DNA of 64,000 nucleotides from Strigamia acuminata (GCA_949358305.1 OX442314.1:5022001-5086000), one strand, 5' to 3'; positions 45,519 to 57,763 are shown, counted from the stretch's first letter. Notes: generated by a model from the sequence alone, not told the origin. Numbers and translations: made by a program.

Positions 45519-47133
45519 TCAACCAAAAATTTTCTTTTTATCATTCGATACTAATTCTAACACTTGCTGGTAACAATCATATATTATCTGTCCCATTTTA
45601 GGTTTAAATGATTGTGCAATCATGTGGTCTAAAATGAAATAAAAAGCAAGTGAGCAGGACACTAACGGTACAGAATAAATATTGCAATTCACCTAAAACG
45701 TGAGAAACCCTTCCTGATTGATAAATTATACGTGTTGTTTCGACTACGTTGTCCACGCTTTCGGTACAAAGATTAGATTTTTTAAAAAGGTCGTTGGTAA
45801 GATATGCGATTAACAAGTTGTCCTTGCTGCTTAGTTCTGCAAACTCTTTCTAGATATAGTAAAAGTTGAAAATAGTTTCTAAACAGAAATTGATAGAAAA
45901 AAAAGCGGTTTAACTTTAACATACTGATTTGAATACTTGTCCACATTTAGGTGCAGGTGAAAAGTCATAATCTTTTGCATCGCAAAGAGCTGGCTGGAAG
46001 ATTAGAAATAAAATTATACGAAAGGTTCAAATAATTTTGTCGTTACTAATAATTACTTGTGTTTTTATTAAGGCGGTTATACAGCTGCAGCAATGCCTGC
46101 TGAACTAAAAAGATTAAGATTATTTTATACAGTCAAGCCTTGTTATAACGAATTGCAAGGGACCCGAGAAATCAGTTCCTTGTAATAACGAAAGTTCGTA
46201 TGTCCAACCAAGCCAATTTTAAGTATTCGTTACAACAAAATATTTGTGTATCGCGATTCGTTATAATGAGGTTCGACTGTATTTTATACGAATCCATATA
46301 CTTTTAATTCACTACAAGGTTGACCTTTCTCCCATTGGCCGAATCTCATTACTCCTAACCATAGACTGTACTACCACCAGGAAAAGTAGTTTTGTTTGTT
46401 TTTTTCATTTTTGTGATTATTATAATGATTAAAATGATATAATTTTAATTGTATGTTTTTTCTATTTATAAAATACAGTTTTATGCTGTTTTTATTTCAA
46501 CATACATGTTTGTTCAGTTTATTTGTTGCTTTGCCAGGAAAGCAAACAGTTTCCTAGCAATAGGTAATCGATTACAATGTCCGTACATCGATTGCAATTC
46601 TAGTGTTTCGGTCTATTTTTTGTATCACTACACAAGTGAAATGGCTCGGCCAATGGGAGAAAGGCCAACCTTGTAGTGAGTTAAAGTACAGACGGATATT
46701 CTGTCTATGGTCTATATCTATGTCTGTGCTAAGTGTCACAATCACAAATACAACGGTTTCCTTTAAAGGATTCTTATAAATTTTTTAGTTTTTTTTTTGA
46801 AAAATTTTGATTAATTTGTTGGAAAATGTCAAATTTTAAACATTTATATTTTTTTCTATTCGGGGTCTCGGGTGCATCCGACGAGCCACAATTTTATGTA
46901 ATTTCGTGTTCTAAATGTACTTTGCCATCGTCTTGAGGGAATGTCTTCTCTATGACTTTGCACAGTGCTTTGGCTGTCTTATCCTTAACATCACACGTCT
47001 TGGAAAAACAAAATAGGAATAAACTATTTAACACGATGCGCTAGATATAAAGTCAACTTACTTGTGTGTCGTGTGCAGTGGTTACACAAACAACAGTCAA
47101 GATGATAATGAAATAACAATTACAGTTGAACAT
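45519..47133 (-). CDS. Secreted Cys-rich protein, family copy D (~177 aa). Exons 47133-47062, 46998-46921, 46104-46057, 45993-45925, 45849-45693, 45628-45519.
   Basis: MFNCNCYFIIILTVVCVTTAHDTQ|TCDVKDKTAKALCKVIEKTFPQDDGK|FSRHCCSCITALIKTQ|PALCDAKDYDFSPAPKCGQVFKS|KEFAELSSKDNLLIAYLTNDLFKKSNLCTESVDNVVETTRIIYQSGRVSHVL|DHMIAQSFKPKMGQIIYDCYQQVLELVSNDKKKIFG*. Confidence 0.85.
46130..46279. mobile_element. pogo/Tigger-type MITE in an intron of copy D
   Basis: TA|CAGTCAAGCCTTGTTATAACG ... TTATAATGAGGTTCGACTG|TA. Confidence 0.7.
46307..46681. mobile_element. MITE with ~35-bp TIRs in an intron of copy D
   Basis: TCACTACAAGGTTGACCTTTCTCCCATTGGCCGA ... TCGGCCAATGGGAGAAAGGCCAACCTTGTAGTGA. Confidence 0.8.
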
Positions 47134-47399
47134 TCTTTGATATGGAAAAAAGCAAACAAAGAAATACTTGCTGTCCTTCCACTACGGTACACCTAAGATG
47201 TGTAAATATGCATATTGGGCAATGAATGTAGGGATTAATCTTGTAATAACATACTGTAGCACCTGCACACGTGCATACTTCAAGGTTGAAGTACGAACAA
47301 TGCTAGAAATAGACCCGTGGCTTAAATTTGAAATTGTTGAGAAAAAAGGAATGTGATTGATTATTGACAGATGTTTTGTCCTTTTATTTTACAGCCAAG

Positions 47400-47960
47400 T
47401 TTCTGAACAAAGATAAGTGCAGATTGACGCCAGATAAGCCGTAGTTATTTCGTGCAAGTGCAGTCGAACTAGAAGCAACCTCTTGGCGCTTCCTTGCTGA
47501 ACACACCATCGGCACATTATAATATTTTAGGGGTTTACACAGGTAAAAACAAGAATATGGGTCAAACTGGACATCTGGACGAGCGTCATCCAATCTCAAT
47601 CGAAAAGAGCCTCTCGAATGTTGGCTTTTCTGTTCGTTCCTACACTCTCTTCTAACCTAAATCTTGCTTCTTTTTGTTGGAATATATGTTATTCATCCAC
47701 AGCATGATACATTTTGTATGGACCACCCACTGGTCACTCCCTTTTCCCCTTCACCCTATGCTTCCTGTTCAACTTTAATAAACGCTAGTCGCAGCATACG
47801 TTGCTCTGTGACCTAAAACAAATATATCTACTTGAATCTACCTCATCCACCATCACTTTTCACAGTTGTAATGCCGGAATTAGAACTGCCAAGATAATGC
47901 ACCGAAAAAGTCTGATGTCTTGTAGACATTCATTCCCATGTCTCAGGATCTGCCACCCAA
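47400..47960 (-). pseudogene. Possible decayed piggyBac-like transposase C-terminal fragment
   Basis: Only loose motif remnants (…VDEVDS…, …MVCSARKRQ…VNLHL) with many disruptions. Confidence 0.3.
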
Positions 47961-48361
47961 AAGTCAAAAAAATTCTAATTACAATTAGATCTTTATTTCA
48001 TTTGACTCCTGTCAGGCCACAAGAGCCTATAGAGCAGTTTAATCAAACAAAATTTTTCTCTTTAGCCACCAATTCTAACCCTTGCTGGTAACAATCGGAA
48101 AATAATTGGACCATTTTAGGTTTAAATGATTTTCCAATCATGGTGTCTAAAATGAAAGAAACACCAAGTGGGGACTTAATAATAATAATAATAATAATAA
48201 CGTAATTACCTAAAGCATTCGAAACCCATCCTGGCTGATAAATTGCAAGTGCTGCTTCAACAACTTTGTCGTCGCTTTCAGTACAGAGTTTAAACTCCTT
48301 CATAAAAACAACATCGACGAGAAAATCAATGATCAAGTTGTCCTTACTGCATTCTTCTATA

Positions 48362-49582
48362 CAAGGTGGAACAAAAGTCTGTTCCCCTCAAATATTTCCT
48401 CAGGAATTGCATCTAGGCCAACTTTGATGAAGCAATCGTATAGGAAGTTGGGTAAGAGCAATCCAATGATGTCATCAAATTTGACCTTGACGGCCATTTT
48501 CAAGGATATTCACTTGCTAACTTCTAAACCAATCAGGTTAGAGCAAAAAAGTCAATTACAAAGTTGTAGAGCACCATCAAATTAGTACTATCCAACTTAT
48601 CTTAGTCATCTTAAGTTAAATGTTTTCCTTTTAAGAAGGAGACAAATCAGCTGAAATAAAGCCAGCCATTGTGACAAAACTTAAATTTCTATCACAAAAA
48701 TACTGAATTACTTAAATAAATGTATTCAAATGTGCATCATTATGCAAGTAAACAAGAAAAACCACTGCCTTTTTTTAATGCCTCAATAATTATTTTATCA
48801 CAAGATTAACCCTTGGCTATACGGATTTATGAACAAGCTTTTTCTTGAATAGAAAAATTTTTTTTCCTATGAATTTTTTTTGCTGAAAATTTGTGACTTT
48901 GTTGATCTGATAATAAAGTAAATCTCGGGTGAAATTTGTAATGATTCATCATTTATTTAATTAAATATTCAACTTGGAAATTTTCTGCCCCTTAAAACTC
49001 CAGCATAACTTTTAAGCTGGCTTTGCTGTATTTGTAAACAGCGCTTCAGTGAATAGCTTTTCGCATTTACCAGTAGTGATTAAAACCACCTCCAGATGGC
49101 TCAAATCTATTTATTTTTATTGTTTAGGCATTACGTTCTCAATAAAATTAGTTCCGAACTAAAAACAAACTACATGGCGCTTTAACCAATCGACTTAAAA
49201 ATTGTCCATAAATCCGTAATGGCTAAACCAGAACGGCACATTTTATCCTTATGCCTCTGAGGGTTAAAAAATTTCACTTTGCTGATTATTTTTCTGATTT
49301 GTCTCCTTTTTAAAAAGAAAACATTTAACTTAAGATGACTAAGATAAGTTGGATAGTACTAATTTGATGGTGCTCTACAACTTTGTAATTGACTTTTTTG
49401 CTCTAACCTGATTGGTTTAGAAGTTAGCAAGTGAATAACCTTGAAAATGGCCTTCAAGGTCAAATTTGATGACATCATTGGATTGCTCTCACCAAACTTC
49501 CTATACGATCGCTTCATTAAAGTTGGCCTAGGTGCAATTGCTGAGGAAATATTTGAGGGGAACAGACTTTTGTTCCACCCTG
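48362..49582. mobile_element. Tc1/mariner-type MITE (~290-bp TIRs) inserted in exon 5 of copy E; contains a nested piggyBac-type MITE (48810-49263, TTAA TSD)
   Basis: TA|CAAGGTGGAACAAAAGTCTG ... CAGACTTTTGTTCCACCCTG|TA. Removing it plus one TA restores KEYIEECS in frame. Confidence 0.92.
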
Positions 49583-50014
49583 TATATTCTTTCTAAACAT
49601 GACAAAGGCAAAATAGTTTTTAAGCAGAAATTATGTGATAAAATGTGGTTTAACTTGGAATTGACTCCTAGACCAGTGCTTCTCAAAGACTGGCCCGTGA
49701 GCAAGAGGCTGATGGTCTGCAAATAAGTCGGGTGTGTAATTGAGGAAATATAAACTTGAAAAACCCCATTTAATCTATCTGAACTGCATAAAAATTACTC
49801 CGTATAAAATTTGCTAAGATATGAAGCAAATTATTAATTATAGGAATAACAAATAAATGATGTTGTTTATGGCTTGTCCAATATCTTTTACCTAAATACA
49901 GTACTTTAAAGAAAGATTTTGGCCGGGGGTGCCCCTATTACTGTTTTCCGGTCCCTGGCATAACCAGTCCAATTTTTACTGACGGCATGTGTTTTTTTAG
50001 TCCATTCCTCGCAG

Positions 50015-50447
50015 TTAGTGAAGGAGGCAGCTGAGTGGTGTGGGGAGTAGAGAGAAGAGCATTGCGTCTCAACCGAGGCAGGTGTAAGAAAGGTTTTGAG
50101 AGACGTCATGCTCTATGCTGACTCTGCTCTCCTTCCCATTCACCACTGTGATGCTCAGTATTATGACGATGGGTCCACTACAGCCTCCATGAGTGGTTGC
50201 ATGGGCCGAACAGGTGAGTACAACAGAATGGTTATGTTTCATCGACCTCGTCGTACGTGGGGTTGGTTGCCGGTGTGGCTTGCCTTCGCGGCACTCCAAC
50301 ACGCGGATAGACGGGAGTCTCCAACCCCTATACAAACGGATTAAATGCTAACAACAATCTGGAGTCTCTAGTCTTATTTACGTGAGTATGCGTCCCAAAC
50401 CATGGTAACCAGTCTCCAGGCAGCCATGGCAAAGACCATACAAGTCC
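50015..50447 (+). mobile_element. Old, partial solo LTR related to the LTR at 10962
   Basis: Shares TGACTCTG..CCATTCACCAC..TACAGCCTCCATGAGTGG..AGGTGAGTAC..GGTTGCCGGTGTGG..ATTTACGTGAGTATGCGTCCC with that LTR. Confidence 0.8.
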
Positions 50448-51667
50448 ACTTTTTATGAGGAGTGACCAAAAATAACTTGTTCAACTTTTACTTACTGATG
50501 CAAATAGTTCTCTACAATTTTGTCCTTATTGTATTACCCCGCTTTAGAGGGGTTTGCGTTGTAATTTTAATAAGTTTTTCAAATTGTCCAGAATCTTTGT
50601 GGACAACCTGTATTATCCGGCACCCTGGCCGGACTCACATTTTTAGGGCCTGCCCTCCAAAGTCGGGTAATATGCTACTAATAATTACTTGTGTTTTTAT
50701 GAAGGCAGTTAAACAGTTGCAGCAATGCTTGCTGAACTATAGAAATTCAGATTAGCCACTGTATTTTATGCAATTTTGTGTTTTTAACGTACTAGACCAT
50801 TGTCATGAGGGAACATCTTCTCTACGACTTTGCATAGTGCTTTGGCAGCCCCATCCTTAACATCACACATCTTTGAAAAACAAAATAGAAATGTATTACT
50901 CCGTATTTAATAGGATATGGTAGTTGTAAGGTCAGTTATCTCTTCATCAAGTGCAGTGGCTGTAAAAATAACAGTCAAGATTTGGATAAAGTTAAAGTTT
51001 AACATTCTGGTGTACAAAGAAATGCTTGCTCAAATGTAGTGTCCATCCTTTACAATGTATTGTTTGGGACAAAACACATTTATTGTTTGGGGCAAAACAC
51101 ATTTATTGTTTGGGGCAAAACACATGTGGCTTAATGTGGTAAATAGTAATTTGAAAATAATATGCTGCAACACCTGCACATGTGTGCAGTTCAAGGTTGT
51201 AGTGTGAACACTGAGCAATTGATCTTTGGTCTAGATTTAAAATTTGTGAGGAACACTATGTGATTGTGCAACGAACTGAACTTGGCCATCTTGTTATTTT
51301 ATATTTGCTATTTGTTAACTAATATTCGATTGTTGAAACTTTATTGCATACTCTTGTTTAGAGTAGTAAATAAGCCTATTTAGTATTCGAGCATAACAAC
51401 TGTTGTCATGGCAATTTATGCTTTTATGAGAATTCCTATCAATTTACTGTTATTTTTACCTTGTTGTTTCTCTATTTTCATGTAATTATTACTGTTTTTG
51501 GCTCTTAGACAATTAGTTTATTTTCAGCGAGCAAAGTCGGATAGAATGCCAACTTCAATTTAAAAGCATGAACATTACACAACATAAGGATATAGTTTAG
51601 ATGGATTATTATATTATTTTATTAACACTCACTAATAGTCTTTGTTTACAAATGTTTTTTAAGAAAA

Positions 51668-54325
51668 TCAAATTATGTTGCATTTGATATTCGATGGTTT
51701 TTCAACCTTGTAAACGTGACGTGTAGTTATACCCATCGTATCGGCATTCAAACAGTCCGGAACAACTTTCAAAAACTTCTGCAGTGTAAAAGTGTATACA
51801 GGTTAATGGTAGGAAAGATTTAATCCAAGTCTTACTTTATATGTTTCTCTTTGAAAATATTCATCGGGTCCATAATGATTCGAGTTGAATTGACCGAAAC
51901 CCAATATTGTAAATGCTATCAACCTTTTCTTATGGTACAGTGGAAAGAAAGGTTGGAAATTATCACAATTCATCTTTTTACTGATTTCATAGAAGTAATG
52001 AGTTCCTATGGTGAGAATTTAAATTAACTACTTGAGTTGACTTAGCTGGAAGAGATGAAATATATCACGCGCAAATAATATATTTCGACCATTAAAAAAG
52101 ATGTGTCGGAAGTGCGTTAGATGCAATTTTTCCATTCCAGTTGTGTTTTAGTGCTCAAATTGAATCCCAAGCTCAAAACATTATGAAATTCCATATTGGG
52201 AATGCCCAATTAGTACAGAAATTATTTTAACTGTTATTTAATGCGCGTACATTCAATTTGGCCGTGACGCTGCAATTACATTTTGCTGTTACTCAATTTA
52301 ACTGTAGGTCTGGATGCTCCACAAAATTTAGTTATGTGTTTGCCTTAATCTGGGTCTGAAGGCATTACGCACCTGATTCTGGGGTACATCTTCCCTTCAC
52401 CCAACGTTTTTTGTCTAATTTTGATTCGTACAGAGGAAGCAAAACCTTCTCGGTGCCATTCATGTAGTATAATTGATCGACTGGTTTGTGGTTTTTATTA
52501 CAAATTTCATCTTTTATAAAATATAATGAAGAATTCATAAGTTGTTCGTAATCATTTTCAATTAAATGTTTGCGGTCAAAACTTACCTGGATCATAGAAG
52601 AAAACTTTTAAGGTGTATAAAGTCTCCGCAGCATTATCTGCCGGATGCACTGCTGTATACATGTGTTGTTGTTTGAACCAAGCTTTTTGTTGGTCACTTT
52701 TCATTTGACTTAGTGGAAACTACAAATCAAATAAAATAACTTTCTACAAAATATCACTATTGTGGCAAGAATGCAATCAACCAATTTAAAAAGTAACTGT
52801 TTCCTGGAAACAGTTGGACAGGAAACAAAAAATAAACAGTCAGCCATATTGCCAGTTAGAGACATGTGGTGACCAGCATCACTGCCACATGCCGCCCAAT
52901 GGCCCTAAGGCCATCCCTCCTGGCGGAGTGATATAACCCAGCATAGTGAAGGAGGAAGCTGAGTGGTGTAGAGAGAGCGAGAACGAGAGAAGAGCGCTGG
53001 GTCTCAACCAAGACAGAAGTGTGTGACGTAAGGTCCTGATGCCAGCAAGGACAGTTGTGCTCTGTTATGACTCTGCTCTTCTTCCCATTCACCACTGCGA
53101 CGCTCAGTAGTGTGAAGATGGATCCACTACAGCCTTCATGAGCGGTTGCATGGGCCATACAGGTGAGTACGACAGAATGGTATGTTTAACTGGCTACGTC
53201 ATCCATCAGGTTCCCACCCTGTGTATGACGGGTTGGTTGCCGGTGTGGCGTGCCTTTGTGGCACTGCCAACAACGGATTAAAGGCCAACAACCGAATAAT
53301 TTGGAGTTCCTTGTCTTATTTACGTGAGTATGTGTCCCACCCCATAGTAACCAGTTTCCAGGCTGCCATCGTGAAGACCACACCAGTCACAACCAAGTAA
53401 GGCTTGCTTTGGTTGTCTGTAGGTTCAGCAAAGGCCAATAAGAGAAACCAGAATTTTGAGTGTCAACATTAACTTCAATCTTTGAATAGACGGTATAATA
53501 CAAAAGATATCAGCTCATGTTGGCAATACAGCCGTTTTAGGTATTGGGACTTTTTCTGCAGTAGTTTGTCCTTTGGCCAATGAGAATGAAAATTTAGTAC
53601 AAAGTTACATACTTACTCCAGATTCAAATCCAAATAGATGTCCATTTTTACCAAAAAGAAGAACAGCGGCCGGGTCATTCTCAATGCTGTATCTGTAGCC
53701 CAAAGTATTCTCCGCACAATTTTGATCACTTTTACCAATTAGCTTCCATGCACCTTCTTCGGCTTCTTTTCTGGTTGATGGCAGTTTCTTAAATGCTGAT
53801 TTGTCATTTTTGTCCTTATTGGCAGTGACTAAAATATTATTTATTTTAAAATTAACAAGTAAATATATAAAATACTACGTTTTTTGAAAAAAGGCTTTTA
53901 AATTGCTTCTTAAATCGTCACCAGAATGCGTTACAATCGCCACTGCCGTCTCCGCGCTGAAAATCGCAAATAAATAAACTTTTTAACATTATAATGTTAA
54001 AATTAAATATATGAGCTGATAGGGAATTTAATTTTAAACAGGTTTATCCTGGTTTCAGAATTTATTAACCACTTTGTAATAAAAAAAAAGCGGATTTAGG
54101 ATTGACCCTGCCACTTAGGCATCCATTTTAGTTTGTGGCGGCGCTACTGGGCACAGGAAATTGAAACAAACAAGCAGTCATGTCTAGTTAAATTAAAGAA
54201 TAATGTGAATAGTGTGCAATACCTTTAAATGTCTTCCAGTTGGCTTCGTACAAATTTAAGGAGTCACCTCCATTGGTGGAAATTACAAGCGCTGTAAGAA
54301 TCATAAACGCAGTTTTACAGTTCAT
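51668..54325 (-). CDS. Secreted ~288-aa protein of unknown function. Exons 54325-54223, 53828-53617, 52719-52587, 52510-52373, 52005-51836, 51778-51668.
   Basis: Six GT-AG exons in continuous frame: MNCKTAFMILTALVISTNG..NWKTFKVT..AFKKLPSTRKEAEEGAWKL..C..LGYRY..DPAAVLLFGKNGHLFGFESG..YTLKVFFYDPDEIC..LPLYESKL..RWVKGRCTPESGTHYFYEI..NCDNFQPFFPLY..PDCL..ITTRHVY..IKC. The motif layout resembles an uncharacterised secreted family of invertebrates (from memory, unverified). Confidence 0.82.
52866..53391 (+). mobile_element. Old solo LTR related to the LTR at 10962, in intron 2 of the 288-aa gene
   Basis: Starts TGTGGTGACC..CACTGCCAC, ends ..AAGACCACACCAGTCACA, with colinear similarity throughout. Confidence 0.85.
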
Positions 54326-55133
54326 GTTGAAAAACCTGTACGAAATGCTTGAAATTCTGGTACGTTCTGATTGTCTATCTTTTATTTATGTAATGAACGA
54401 GTAAGGTCGAGGAAATAAAGCAATATTAATCATTGTTATAAGTTGTAGTGTAGTTTGTCTCAATTTGATGATGGCAAAAATATTAAAATATTTTTTGACT
54501 CTTTTATGACATCAGAATGCAGAAAAAATGCACAATTGTAGTAATTAATGTCTGCAACTGTAAATTTACATATTTCCACATATTTTCTCTAATTTTCTCA
54601 ACATTTCTCACATTTTCCTTAAAATTCCTAAAAAAAAATTTAAAAACCTTCTTCAAAAAGGTGCACTCATAATAGTTTCTAAATATTTCCTTGTAAAATA
54701 GTTTTTAAATATTTCCTTGTAAAATAGTTTTTAAATATTTCCTTGATGAATGGTTGTCAAATATTTCCTTTAAAAATATTTTCAATATTTCCTATGACTC
54801 ACATCTAATTATACGCGGTAACTTTCCTCAAAACTTTACTTTTTTGATTCTTTTTATTGTTTTCAAACATTTTGTTCACTTTAAAGTACACAATATAATT
54901 GTACCAATTAAAAATTAGTAATAATATTTCAAAAAAATCATTTATTTCACTTTATGCAATTATTTTCAGTCATTTAACTAATTTGAATGCACACTGGTTT
55001 GGAAGCTAAGTTTTACCATATTTCTTAATTTAAATAAAACTGAGATGACCAGCAATGGTCTAAAGCACTTAGAGATTTAATGGATTGCGTATACCATATA
55101 CAGAAAACATACATGGGGGTTGGCCATATCTTA

Positions 55134-55489
55134 TGCTGGGCACACACATACCGCAATTTCGCATCGCGTCGCGATCGCGTTACCATTGCGCATGCGCAGG
55201 TGACGTCATTTCCTTTGCGCCGGTTCGAAATCTACTTTGCGAAATAGTACTTGTCCCAAGTACTATTTCGCCCGCGATTCGTGTCGCAGCCAATCCCGTG
55301 AGCTGTGTGAAATGACGTCATTTCATCAACATTTTTGGTTGCAGTGTGAATGCTGTGGAATGACGTCATAAGTTTGAATTCGCAGAGCTGAAATAGCTAC
55401 ATGTGTGTAGCATTGCGCGCGATTCACAGGGCGATTTCGCTGGCAAAATCGCGACGCGACGTGAAATCGCGGTATGTGTGCGCCCAGCA
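55134..55489. mobile_element. PIF/Harbinger-type MITE
   Basis: TTA|TGCTGGGCACACACATACCGCAATTTC ... GAAATCGCGGTATGTGTGCGCCCAGCA|TTA. Confidence 0.88.
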
Positions 55490-56019
55490 TTACTCTTCTA
55501 TGTTAGATGAAATCACACAATTGCAGTTTTTCGGTGATTTTTCCTGCTTCAAACAAAAACATGGATACATTAGCTTGAATATAAAAATGGCGAGTATAGG
55601 AAAACAACAACACAGCGCCAACAGGTGGAGAAAATCAAAAACACATGTTAAATTTAACATCTCACTCACATTCTATAGCACACTGAATTCATTTGATACA
55701 ATATATTATAACCCAATTTTTATTTTTGTATGTAAAAAGTATAATATTTTTACTTAAAAATGCATATTTTTGCTTTGAAATACATATTTTTGCTTAGAAA
55801 TGCATACTTTTGCTTAAGAATGCATACTTTTGCTTAAAAATGCATATTTGAAGAGTCAAACATGCAATGGAAACTTTTATATATTCATTCACTCATCTTC
55901 ATTTTTAATAAACAACATTTGTTACATAGCAACTGAGTTACATTGTTAATTTGTAAGATATTGTTCCAACAATATTTTTGCTTTAAAATGCACACTTTGC
56001 TTACTTTAACATTAAAAAT

Positions 56020-56210
56020 AAAAAATTTCGCCCAAATAAAATTATTTCACCGCAAAATAAAATTATTTCGCCAAAAAATGAAATTATTTCGCCGAAAAAT
56101 GAGATTTTCAATCCGAAAAATGAGATTTTCAATCCGAAAAATGAGATTTTTAACCCGAAAAACGAGATTTTCAACCCAAAAAATGAGATTTTCAACCCAA
56201 AAAATGAAAA
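56020..56210. repeat. ~20-21-bp tandem repeat (AAAAATGAGATTTTCAAYCCG and variants)
   Basis: Directly visible. Confidence 0.85.
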
Positions 56211-57763
56211 AAAAACATAAATTTTTCCCCCAATACTTTTCTAACCAAAAAAAAAAGAAAAGATTTTTCTAGAATTTTTAATTTCTCCATCTCTCAACTG
56301 TCCACTAGTTTCATTTCCCCACCTCAAACCAAACAAGCACTTACAAAATCATCAACTAACACCATCTCTCCCGCATCATTCTCTCGCTTCCCGCTAACTT
56401 TATATTCAATCTCCATCCTTGACTTTGGCGTTAAATAAATCAGCAATCTCGCCCCCTTGTCCAAAGGTGAAGAAAATCTCCTTCTGCCACAAGCCTTATT
56501 TCCCCGCATAATCTTATCTCCATCATTACAACCCACACAAGAAAATCCCGCGCGAAAGCGCCATCTGACGCCAAAATCGGCCAAGTTGATCGATGGCGCG
56601 AAGGTGGAAGGCGACGCTGCCACTCAACTGCCACGTGCACCTGTTCTTGACCCATTATAAACTGAATCATAGAGTCGTTGTGGTCAGACATAATTTCATG
56701 ACATTCGCAGCAGCCAAGAAATGGCTGAGGGTGACCTGAACCTAACACGAGACACGTGTTAATTCATTCAGTCGGCGCCGGAAGAAAAAAAAGAAGCGAA
56801 GGAAAAAGTGATTAATCAGTCATAGCGGGCCGAGTTGAGTGGCAATTTCTTTGCCAATCATTCCAACTTACAACTCCATTAACCCAACATTGAGTCACAA
56901 TCAGTGGCGACATCTATCAACTCCCAAAAGGACTGTAACGAGGCTAACAGCGCACCATCTGGCACCTGGCCAAGCTCAACATCTCCACACACTTGACATC
57001 TTCTCGTAAACAAACGTTTTCTCTTTTTTTCTTCTTTTTTTTCGTTTGCGGGAATTTGTCAAGTGGTAAAAATGTCGGCAAATAAAGTTCAAAACATTCC
57101 TTCAATGCCAAACACACTTCAGAGTGTATTTTGCATGTTTGGTCAATCAATCGATTGATTATTTGTCTTTTGTTATTGTTACAAAGTCAGATATTTATTA
57201 CTTCCATTAGGAAGGTAACCGGTCAGTCTCTATGGTGATGTGGGACAATATATTAATGGATTGTTGTCGTCGTAAGGGTTTAGTATTACGACGGAACTGA
57301 ATACACTAGACTACGTACTGAGGGATTGTGGGTAAGAAACGTATGCTTAGAGGTAGTGTCAACACGGTATTCTTTTTCACTTCCTGTCAATATTATGGCT
57401 GTCTGAAATCGGCGTTCAGTCAAAACTCTTTATAACGAATCACGATACAACGAATTATCGGTATAACGAATACCTAAAATTTGCCAGTTTGGTTGGCTGG
57501 CCATAGAACACTATGTTAAACAATTTTGATATAACGAAGTTGGAGAGCATTCATGACGTCACTTCATCGCAACAATACCTCCTCTTGCCATTTGCAGTGC
57601 GCAGTCCAGTAGGATTTAGGTCTGTGGTATTACCAAATGTAAATACTCGTCTCGGGACATCCATTGGACATCTACAGACGTTAATCCCGGAAATATTTTG
57701 CAATCCACTGGATGTCCTGGATGCTTTAGCAGCAAGAAATGCTTTCAATGACGCAATTGACAC

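Larger units (their letters stand above)
48043..51005 (-). pseudogene. Secreted Cys-rich family copy E, pseudogene. Exon 1 51005-50940 (donor GT>AT), exon 2 50870-50793, exon 3 50736-50689, exon 4 not found, exon 5 split by a MITE, exon 6 48146-48043.
   Basis: MLNFNFIQILTVIFTATALDEE|MCDVKDGAAKALCKVVEKMFPHDNGL|FSKHCCNCLTAFIKTQ|...|KEY[MITE]IEECSKDNLIIDFLVDVVFMKEFKLCTESDDKVVEAALAIYQPGWVSNAL|DTMIGKSFKPKMVQLFSDCYQQGLELVAKEKNFV*. Confidence 0.85.

Noticed and set aside
36826..47133. Assigning the ~174-aa family to lipocalin-type hydroxynitrile lyases, OBPs or CSPs
   Set aside because: No motif or Cys-spacing match that I can support, so the family is left unassigned.
53879..53956. Exon-like AG...GT segment (AETAVAIVTHSG...) in intron 1 of the 288-aa gene
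   Set aside because: Its phase is incompatible with the flanking exons; exon 1 splices in frame directly to 53828.
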